From NCBI GenBank assembly GCA_965215505.1, contig OZ244065.1:1184001-1248000 (forward strand): a stretch of 64,000 bases of DNA. The letters are read 5' to 3'. The notes under the pieces were generated by a model. That model was not told the DNA's origin and ran no database searches. It saw nothing but the letters and a program-made list of their open reading frames with translations. The translations under genes and the position numbers were made by a program. Position 1 is the stretch's first letter; each line of letters starts with the position of its first letter. This document shows positions 23,232 to 30,464 of this stretch, in pieces. Origin of the DNA: Capsulimonadaceae bacterium (GTDB lineage: Bacteria > Armatimonadota > Armatimonadia > Armatimonadales > Capsulimonadaceae).

Positions 23232-23330
23232 TGGAGGGCGGGACTTGTCCCCGCCCTCCACGTCATCTTTCCGTAGGGGTAGGGCTTGCCCCTACCCTCC
23301 TACCTTGAAACCCCACCGTTCAGGGCGGGG
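23232..23330. repeat. Cluster of REP-like palindromes
   Basis: GTGGAGGGCGGG..CCCGCCCTCCAC, GTAGGGGTAGGGC..GCCCCTACCC and ACCCCACCGTTCAGGGCGGGGT. Confidence 0.6.
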
Positions 23331-23336
23331 TACGCC

Positions 23337-24161
23337 TCAAACGCCCGCATCGCCCCAGTGCATCCCCGTCGGGATCGGGCCCAGGCCCGCCCGCTCGAAG
23401 TTGCGGTAGGTGGTCGTGCCGGGGCTGCCGCCGCCCAACACCAAGTCACAGCCCAGCGCGGGCGCGTCGGTCAGGCGGCGGCGGATGAGGGCCGTCTGGA
23501 CACCGCGCCGCCGGTACTCGGGCAGGACGCCCGCTGTCCCGAAGTAGCCGACACCGTCCATAATCGGGAACGAGGCCATGCCGACGGGTTTGCCACCGAT
23601 CTCAGCGATGTAGCGCGCGCCCCCCGGCAGGGCGTCCTCGGCCCACTGGATCGGTCGGTACTCCGGGTCTGCCTCATCCCGCCCGGCGAACGCCCGCTGG
23701 AACAGGTCCAGATAGAGTTCTTTCTCCTCCAGGCCAGAGCGCCGAATGGTGACACCCAACGGTACGTCCTCACCAGCGCGTCCGTCAGGAACGATGGCAG
23801 GGACGGTCCCGGTGCCCGACCACCACAACCCCTCCGATGCTAAACTTGAGAAAAGCGCCTCGGTCATCTCTCCGTGAAGCACCGTCAGCGAACATGGCAG
23901 GCCGTCGTCGCGGTAGAAGTCGAGCAGACCGCCTAGGGCGTCCATGTCCGCCACTCCAAATCCGTGCATACGGTTCTTGCCCCTCAGTAACGAGTGGTGA
24001 ACCTTGCAGGCGACGCCGAAGCCGCTGCCAAAGTGACGAACCTCCACGCCGAACGGGTTGCCAGGGAGATGGGGTAGCGCTCCCATGCGGGCGGCATGGA
24101 AACGCGCCTGGAAGCGCTCCGTGCGGGTGATGAGTTGTTGCGTGAGGTGCGGGCCGGGCAT
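23337..24161 (-). CDS. GNAT N-acetyltransferase
   Basis: VLPEYRRRGVQTALI motif; TACACT 6 nt before the ATG. Confidence 0.8.
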   Translation of the reverse strand: MPGPHLTQQLITRTERFQARFHAARMGALPHLPGNPFGVEVRHFGSGFGVACKVHHSLLRGKNRMHGFGVADMDALGGLLDFYRDDGLPCSLTVLHGEMTEALFSSLASEGLWWSGTGTVPAIVPDGRAGEDVPLGVTIRRSGLEEKELYLDLFQRAFAGRDEADPEYRPIQWAEDALPGGARYIAEIGGKPVGMASFPIMDGVGYFGTAGVLPEYRRRGVQTALIRRRLTDAPALGCDLVLGGGSPGTTTYRNFERAGLGPIPTGMHWGDAGV

Positions 24162-24203
24162 GGAGTCAGTGTACCCGACGTGGGTAGAATACGGCTGTTC
24201 AGG
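24090..24203. repeat. Diverged direct repeat, copy A
   Basis: Ungapped match to 25887-26000 with ~19 mismatches in 114 nt by manual count. Confidence 0.85.
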
Positions 24204-24753
24204 GGGCGGGAGCCATGCAGAATTGCCCCCAATGCTGCTCCAACCCTTTCATGGCATCTCTGACGTTGAACTTGTCCCGATGGTACTCGGCCACATATCG
24301 GAGATAGCAGCAGATCGCCTCGCCCTGCTTTGCCGTCAATATGTTCCACTTTTCCCTCTGCCAGTCTTCCAAGTCAGGCCGATCCGAAAGAGTTAAGACA
24401 TGAAGGGTATCGCTCAGAGTGTTTGAGCGACCGTCAGGCGAGTCGCCAAGGCGCCTCAAAGAGTGGATCATCCAGGCCGGCAAATAATACCGCAGCCCCT
24501 GGCCGTTGAGGTAGCCGAAATAGAACCGGTGGTGGTGCATCACCTCGTCGGGGATTTCCCACCAGTGGGTGTCGGTATCCAGCCGGCGCGCGGCGAGCCG
24601 GGCGGCCTCATCACCGTAGTCGTCCAGGACGCTCGTTTCGTGCAGCGAAACCCCGTCGCCCCGGCGCACTTCTTGGAAAGCCGCAGTGATCAGCGAAACA
24701 AGTGCCGCTGTTTCATCATCAGGAATAGCCACTTTCAGCCTCCATCCAGTCAA
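24199..24753 (-). CDS. Hypothetical protein (DUF6714-like)
   Basis: AFQEVRRGDGVSLHE and GLRYYLPAWM patterns. Confidence 0.55.
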   Translation of the reverse strand: MTGWRLKVAIPDDETAALVSLITAAFQEVRRGDGVSLHETSVLDDYGDEAARLAARRLDTDTHWWEIPDEVMHHHRFYFGYLNGQGLRYYLPAWMIHSLRRLGDSPDGRSNTLSDTLHVLTLSDRPDLEDWQREKWNILTAKQGEAICCYLRYVAEYHRDKFNVRDAMKGLEQHWGQFCMAPAP

Positions 24754-25958
24754 AGAACGGGCGGCAGTTTGAGAAGATAAGCGTGAGGCTGGCCGTTGTG
24801 TGTGCCCGTGCCCGTGACGTACCCTGTGTCAGAGACGCTGCGGGCGTCGGTCAGCGCCCAGCCCGACGCTGCACCGAGCAGGGAATTGAGGTCCACGATC
24901 TTCCCCCCGGAACAGCAGAATGCAGACTGCGGCTTGTCCGTGTTCCCGAGTTTCTTCCCGTCTTCCTCCAGGTCATTGGGGTTGGTCCCGCCGACCATCA
25001 GCCCGGCGCGGTTGATGGCATACACGACCGTGGCCTGCCCCGCGAGCGTCCCCAGGTCGGTCATCCTGCCGTCCTGCCACACGCAGGCGTGGGGGACGGT
25101 GTCCGGGCTGAAAGAGGCCGCGCCCGCCACCTGGCCCGCGTCATTGATGGCGTTCGCCAGACTGATCGCCGTACCCGCAGCGCCCAACTCGGTGGGTTTA
25201 TGGGATCGCCAGAGAACGGCGCGGTCATCATAATAGGTGCTGAAAATCTCTGAATTGAGGACATGAGAGTCCGTGGAGTGGCTCGGCTCTCTTAACGCGC
25301 CCACCACCTGCCCGCTGCCGTTGATGCCGTCGCTGTCACTGCTCGCCGCGCCGGAATCGTCGAACGAGTTCACCTTGTGGCCCGACCAGAGGCAGGCATG
25401 GGAAGCCCCGAAACCGCCCCGGATGACACTGCCGGCGACCTGACCTACGGCGTTGATCGCCTGGCCCTCGCTGTCGTCCGCCCTGGACGTGCCGAGTTCG
25501 CTCATGTGCCCCTGCTGCCAGAGGAAGGCATGGTGCTTGTCCTTCTCCCTGATGTCGGCGTTGCCGGTGACCTGCCCGGCGTCGTTCAGGGCGCGGGCTT
25601 CGCTCTGCTTGCCGCCGAGTGTCCCGAGGTCGGTCATCTTCCCGTCCGCGTAGAAGAAGGCGTGGACGTCCTTGTCCCCCGGCATCAGCGACGTGCCCGC
25701 CACCTGCCCCTTGTTGTTGACGCCGTAGCCCGTGCTGCCCGAGCCGCCGAGTGTGCCCAGGTCAGTGACGGAGAGGGTGACGGCGGGCGGGTCGGCGGAG
25801 ATGGAAGCATCCGTGAGGCAGGAAAAGAAAACGACACCTAAGAGAGTACGGTGCAAGGAGTAGTTCATAAAGGGGATGACCTTCCAGGCGGCATGGAACC
25901 GCGCCTGGAAACGCTCCACGCGGGCGATGAGTTGGGGCGTGAGGTGTGAGGCAGGCAT
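24750..25958 (-). CDS. HAF-repeat extracellular protein (original start probably 25868)
   Basis: Repeated DLGTLGG..S.A.INxxGQV.G..HAF units; in frame with a duplicated GNAT N-terminus. Confidence 0.85.
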   Translation of the reverse strand: MPASHLTPQLIARVERFQARFHAAWKVIPFMNYSLHRTLLGVVFFSCLTDASISADPPAVTLSVTDLGTLGGSGSTGYGVNNKGQVAGTSLMPGDKDVHAFFYADGKMTDLGTLGGKQSEARALNDAGQVTGNADIREKDKHHAFLWQQGHMSELGTSRADDSEGQAINAVGQVAGSVIRGGFGASHACLWSGHKVNSFDDSGAASSDSDGINGSGQVVGALREPSHSTDSHVLNSEIFSTYYDDRAVLWRSHKPTELGAAGTAISLANAINDAGQVAGAASFSPDTVPHACVWQDGRMTDLGTLAGQATVVYAINRAGLMVGGTNPNDLEEDGKKLGNTDKPQSAFCCSGGKIVDLNSLLGAASGWALTDARSVSDTGYVTGTGTHNGQPHAYLLKLPPVL

Positions 25959-26000
25959 GGCGTTAGTGTACCCGGACCGGGTAGAATACGGCTGCCCAGG
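25887..26000. repeat. Diverged direct repeat, copy B
   Basis: Offset 1797 nt from copy A. Confidence 0.85.
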
Positions 26001-26011
26001 AGGCAAAAGTC

Positions 26012-26242
26012 ATGTTGAAGTCCGTCGAAGGCATTTACAGTGGTGGCCAGGTCGAGCTGTCGGAGAGGCCGGACGATCTAGAGGAGGCACGAGTCATCGT
26101 GACGCTCCTGCCGAACGTGAAGCCACAGCAGTTGAGCGACTATGGCATAGATGAGGCACAGGCCGCCGACTTACGCGCGCGCCTCCGGACATTTGAGGAG
26201 GACTGGAACCGGCCCGACTTGGAGGGATACGATGCCCTTTAG
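26012..26242 (+). CDS. Putative antitoxin (AF2212/DUF104-like N-terminus)
   Basis: MLKSVEGIYSGGQVEL; GGAGG RBS; overlaps the PemK fragment. Confidence 0.6.
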   Translation: MLKSVEGIYSGGQVELSERPDDLEEARVIVTLLPNVKPQQLSDYGIDEAQAADLRARLRTFEEDWNRPDLEGYDAL

Positions 26243-26316
26243 GCAGGGCGACATCGCCGTTGTTCTCTTCCCGAACTCCGACCTATGCACAACGAAGAAG
26301 CGGCCGGCGCTCGTAT
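26232..26316 (+). pseudogene. Truncated PemK/MazF toxin
   Basis: MPFRQGDIAVVLFPNSDLCTTKKRPALV is a typical PemK N-terminus; similarity ends after RPALV. Confidence 0.7.
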
Positions 26317-26317
26317 A

Positions 26318-26593
26318 TCATTGTAGGTCTGGGTCAGTGTCTCCCCAAAAAAGAGGCCATGCGTCGAAGTCAAGAACTTCCACTCTATTAACGACGAGAG
26401 TGTAGACGACCGCCTCATGCTCACCGGCGGACTTAACCAAAACCTCCCACGTCACGCCATCAACTATCTGGAAATAGGGACAGCCGGGATCACCGCTCGA
26501 TAGCCAAGCCACTGGTTTGCATATATCAGGATGGGCTGACCAATCGTTCAAGTTCACACCTCGTGATAAGCAAGCGCATTGTAACACCGTCAC
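26318..26593 (-). CDS. Hypothetical protein or fragment, lower GC
   Basis: ORF lies directly downstream of the tRNA-like RNA and abuts the PemK breakpoint. Confidence 0.35.
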   Translation of the reverse strand: MTVLQCACLSRGVNLNDWSAHPDICKPVAWLSSGDPGCPYFQIVDGVTWEVLVKSAGEHEAVVYTLVVNRVEVLDFDAWPLFWGDTDPDLQ

Positions 26594-26607
26594 CGTGACA
26601 GAGTAGG

Positions 26608-26735
26608 GACATCCGCAGCAGGATTTGAACCCGCGACCTCCGGGCCGCAGCAGGCGGAGCCACCGCCTGCTACTTCACATGGTGGCGAGCCACGTTCCTC
26701 CGGTACTCTGGCTGTCTCTGAGCTACACGGATGTC
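26608..26735 (-). ncRNA. tRNA-like RNA with expanded, structured anticodon loop
   Basis: GACATCCGTG-TA-GCTC..GAGT-A-CCGG-[56 nt]-CCGG-AGGTC-GCGGG-TTCAAAT-CCTGC-TGCGGATGTC; upstream TG-C-TACAAT. Confidence 0.7.
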
Positions 26736-26741
26736 GCATGT

Positions 26742-26750
26742 ATTGTAGCA
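26742..26750 (-). promoter_or_regulatory. Extended -10 promoter of the tRNA-like RNA
   Basis: TGCTACAAT ends 6 nt before the first paired G (26735). Confidence 0.65.
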
Positions 26751-26776
26751 TATCCTGCACCTGAGAAAATCCTCTC

Positions 26777-28169
26777 TTACGCTTCCGGCCTGCGTCGAGG
26801 AAACAGCCGCGCGAAGAGGGAGCCACACACGACCGCCAAACAAGCGTAAGCCGACCAGTCGCCGAAGCGGGTGAAGAAGGTGCCTCGCCCGTCGCCCAAT
26901 GCCACGTCGCCGACAAGCACGTCGGGGGTGAACAAGGGCGACTGGCCGACGATGCGGCCCTGGGCGTCCACGATCTGCGAGAGGCCGTTGGAGTCGGCGC
27001 GGACGAACGGGACGGCGTTCTCGACGGCGCGGAAGGGGAGCATGGTCCCGTGGAGGCGGTGCAGGACGCCGCGCGGGGTGGGAGGGTCGTAGTTGGGGAG
27101 CGCGATCAGCCGCGCCCCCTGCCCCGCCTCTTGCCGGGTCGTGTTGGTGTAGCAGCTGTCGAAGCAGATTTCCAAGCCGATCTTCCCCTGCGGCGTCTCA
27201 ACGACTGTGGCCGCATGGCCGGGCTGGTTCGTCTCGCGCTCGGACAGGTAGAGGTGGATCTTGTGGTGGGCGGGGGCGAGAACGTCGCCATCAGGGGCGA
27301 GGTAGGCGGCGCAGTTGAACGGCTTGGGGCGGGTGTCGTCCGAGTAGCCGACGACGAGGGCGGTTCGGAGCTGGCGGGCGAGCAGGCGGGTCTCGTCTTT
27401 GGGGCTGGGGGGGGGTGAACTCGCCGCCGAGGGACTCTTCCGACCAGACAACGAGTTTTGCCCCGCGCGCCGCAGCCTGCCGGGTCAGGGCGACGCGGTC
27501 CGCCTCCGCGCCCGCCGGGGCCAGGTCGCCGGTTTCCTCGGGCGTGAGGTCCTGGATGGCCGCCACGCGCAGGCGCGGTGCGGTCGGGGGATGGGACAGA
27601 CGCAAGGTGCCGTAGCCGAGTGACAGCAGGACGAGGGCCACGCCGACGCCGAGCGGTGCGGCTTTGCGGCGTAGTGCGATCTCCATCAGGGCGGCGTTCG
27701 CCCACCAGAGCAGGAACGAGACGCCCCAGATGCCGGTGATGCCGGCGATCTGGAGGAGCGGCAGGTTTTGGTACTGACACAGGCCGATGTTGAGCGGCAG
27801 GGGCAGGAACGAGGTCAGCCACTCGCCCGCGATGCCGGCACAGGCCAGGAACAGGACGCGCCGCAGCGGGTGCCCGGCGGCGGGCACTTTCGCGGCGGCG
27901 ATGGCGACGAAGCCGAGCAGGAAGGCCAGCCAGAGGAACGGGATGTAAGCCCAGAACAGCCTGGCAGTGTCGTGATACCAGCCGGCCTGCGCCGCCCCGC
28001 AAACCCCGCCCGCAATCAGGCCCAGACCGACGGCCTCTAAAGGACGCCGCCCCTGGGCGGCGATCAGGAGGGGCGCGAAGGCGAGCCAGCCCAGCCACTC
28101 CTGGTCGAAGGGCGGCAGGCTGAAGGCGAACAGCAGGCCCGTCAGACCCGCCAGCAGGAGTGGTTTCAT
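26777..28169 (-). pseudogene. Apolipoprotein N-acyltransferase (Lnt)-like nitrilase-fold protein, frameshifted in a G9 run
   Basis: Transmembrane N-terminus, WSEES, HKIHL and ICFDS triad, RAVEN; frame changes at the G9 run 27407-27415. Confidence 0.75.
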
Positions 28170-28672
28170 GGGGTCGCCGCCTCGGTGCGGCGTGTTTCGA
28201 TGCGTTCCAGTTCGTCAACGTCCCGGCGGCAGAGCCACAAGGGGACGATGCCGACGACGCCGAACGAACAGTCTATCAAGCGCCAGAAGTAGGGGATGCC
28301 GCGTAGGGGGCCGAAGACCAAAGCCCACGGCACGACGCAGACGCAGGCGATCATGCCGAAGGTCAGCACCCAGCGGTTGCGGACCGGGTCGCGCAGGGGG
28401 CCAAGGAAGGCGACGGCGATCATCAGGTGCCCGAAAGCCAGCCAGTCCGTGCCGTAGGCGAGGAAGGGGTAGCGGGCGTCCGTCTCGTGCAGGCCGTCCC
28501 GGACGCGCCCGATCCAGTGCGTCAGGCCGTTGTCGCCGGTCCCGATCAGCCGCGCCAGGGTGTCCAGCTCCCAGGCAAGAGGAATGGCCGTCACGCCGCT
28601 CAGGACGAGGCCGAGCAGGAACAAACTGAGCCACCATCGGATGCGCCGCCGCAGAAGGTCGGCGCGGGTCAT
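28166..28672 (-). CDS. Hypothetical membrane protein
   Basis: MTRADLLRRR start; YGTDWLAFGH and GPLRDPVRN; ATGA overlaps on both sides. Confidence 0.75.
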   Translation of the reverse strand: MTRADLLRRRIRWWLSLFLLGLVLSGVTAIPLAWELDTLARLIGTGDNGLTHWIGRVRDGLHETDARYPFLAYGTDWLAFGHLMIAVAFLGPLRDPVRNRWVLTFGMIACVCVVPWALVFGPLRGIPYFWRLIDCSFGVVGIVPLWLCRRDVDELERIETRRTEAATP

Positions 28673-29655
28673 GGTCGGCACCACCATTCTTGATAAGTCT
28701 CCCATTCCGACGGCTGGGTCGTATAGTCGGCGAACGGGGCGATCCCGGCGATGACGGAGGGGTCGGCCTGAGTGTCGGCAAGGCCCTCTCGGACGCCGAG
28801 GAGCGCCATGCGGATGTTCTCGGCGGGGGCGTGGTGCGACAGGCCTCCGGCCCCATAGGTCGGCAGGCCGAACAGGACCCGGCAGCGCGGGCTGCTGCGC
28901 TCGACGGCCCGCGTGACATGGACGGCCTGCTGATGGACCAGCCAGACGTAGCCGCGCGGCAGGTAGATTCCCGAATCGTAGCACATGACCACTTCCTGGT
29001 CGCAGAGGCGCGCGACGGCACCGAAATCGGCTTCCCGCCAGCCATGCCGGCCGATCGGGATGGGAAGCCACAGAGGGACCGCGACGGACAGCAGTTTGCC
29101 GGGCGGCAGGGCGGCGCGCGTCTCGCGCAGGAGACGGAGCAGATCGGCGTCGCCGCTCGGGCAGATCTCGCAATCCCACTGGACGCCGTCGAACCCGCAG
29201 ACGGTCACGAGCCAGACCGCCTCCCATACCATCACCCTCCGCACCTCGGGCCGGGACAGGTCCACGCCGCCCCTGTCCGCCGCGTTCCCGGCGTAGACCC
29301 AGGCGATGAGTTTGACCGTCGGCGCTTTCCGGTGGAGCGGCGCGACCAGCCGCGCGGCGACATCGGGGCAGTGATGGCGCAGCGCCCCGTTCTGTGTCAC
29401 GTCGCGGACGTGGAAATAGGCGTAGCGGATTTGTTCGGTCTTCAGGCGCTCGGCGAGGCCCGGCACGTCCGTTTCCTGACCGAAGTACCAAGTATATCGC
29501 AGCCACAGCCCGTTCTCGCCCCGGTTGAACGTGGGACCGACGGGGTGTGCCAAGTGAGGATAGCAGACGTAATCCAGAAGAAGCAGGCCCAGCAGGACAC
29601 CGGCGACCGCGATGCAGCGCCGCCGCAGTCGCCGCTTGTGGGCGGGAGACTTCAT
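28669..29655 (-). CDS. GH18-like glycoside hydrolase fold protein
   Basis: FDGVQWDCE motif, VMCYD and N-terminal anchor. Confidence 0.65.
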   Translation of the reverse strand: MKSPAHKRRLRRRCIAVAGVLLGLLLLDYVCYPHLAHPVGPTFNRGENGLWLRYTWYFGQETDVPGLAERLKTEQIRYAYFHVRDVTQNGALRHHCPDVAARLVAPLHRKAPTVKLIAWVYAGNAADRGGVDLSRPEVRRVMVWEAVWLVTVCGFDGVQWDCEICPSGDADLLRLLRETRAALPPGKLLSVAVPLWLPIPIGRHGWREADFGAVARLCDQEVVMCYDSGIYLPRGYVWLVHQQAVHVTRAVERSSPRCRVLFGLPTYGAGGLSHHAPAENIRMALLGVREGLADTQADPSVIAGIAPFADYTTQPSEWETYQEWWCRP

Positions 29656-30188
29656 CGCCCGTCATCCCCGCCCAGCGTCTTCTCCAGCAGCAGAAGCTCT
29701 CGGGGGATGCCGAACCAGTTTATCCACTCGATGACGCCGCGCTCCTCATAGCCCGCCCGGCGGTACAGGGCGATGGGCGGGGCGAAGGCGCGGATGGCAT
29801 CCAGGCGGATGGCCCGGCAGTCCTGCTCCCGCGCCAGGCGCTCCACTTCGGCCAGGCACCAGCGGCCAAGGCCTTGCCCCTGGCGACCAGGCAGGACGGC
29901 CAAGCGGGAGAGGTAGGCGGCACGGGCGGCCGGCTCGGCCCACAGGGATGCCGACTGTTCGGGCCAGCCGGACAGGCCGAAGGTGAACGTCGCCACGGGC
30001 TGGCCGCCGTCCAGCACGGCGTAGACGTCTTTCTCGGCGGCGTGACGCCGCATCAGCTCGATGGGCGGGGGCGGCACCCAGAACGTCAGGCCGAAGCGCG
30101 CGCCGATGTCCTCGCCGCAAAGCCGGACGATCTCTTGGAGCGGCTCGATCTCGTCGGGTGTGGCTTTGTGGAGTGTCAGTGGTGGCAT
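29652..30188 (-). CDS. GNAT N-acetyltransferase
   Basis: RLAVLPGRQGQGLG and IRLD motifs. Confidence 0.85.
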   Translation of the reverse strand: MPPLTLHKATPDEIEPLQEIVRLCGEDIGARFGLTFWVPPPPIELMRRHAAEKDVYAVLDGGQPVATFTFGLSGWPEQSASLWAEPAARAAYLSRLAVLPGRQGQGLGRWCLAEVERLAREQDCRAIRLDAIRAFAPPIALYRRAGYEERGVIEWINWFGIPRELLLLEKTLGGDDGR

Positions 30189-30191
30189 TGT

Positions 30192-30458
30192 CTAATCCGC
30201 CCGATACCAGACGCGGACGAACTGGACCCAACTGCCGGTGGTGGGCGTGCAGGGCAAGTTGCCATTGCCGCTCTGCACGCCCTTCCAATCAGGATCGGGC
30301 GCGACGACGGTTTCCACGTTGATGACTGCCACCTCCTGCTCCCGTATCCACTCGTTCGCCGCCGCGACCACCTGTGTCACGGTTTCAAGCAGGGGCGGCT
30401 TGATGAAGCCCTGCTTCCGTATCTGCTGCGGCACGAAGTCTTTGAACGCGATCATCAC
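30192..30458 (-). CDS. Hypothetical protein
   Basis: FKDFVP..VINVETV..QFVRVWY; co-oriented within the operon. Confidence 0.65.
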   Translation of the reverse strand: MMIAFKDFVPQQIRKQGFIKPPLLETVTQVVAAANEWIREQEVAVINVETVVAPDPDWKGVQSGNGNLPCTPTTGSWVQFVRVWYRAD

Positions 30459-30464
30459 TTGCCT

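Noticed and set aside
24750-25760. Internal nucleotide repeats as a DNA repeat element
   Set aside because: They are explained by HAF protein repeats
26608-26735. Ordinary tRNA gene or intron-containing tRNA
   Set aside because: No U33/anticodon loop can be rebuilt by removing a block, the insert is too short for a group I intron, and no CCA follows the acceptor stem
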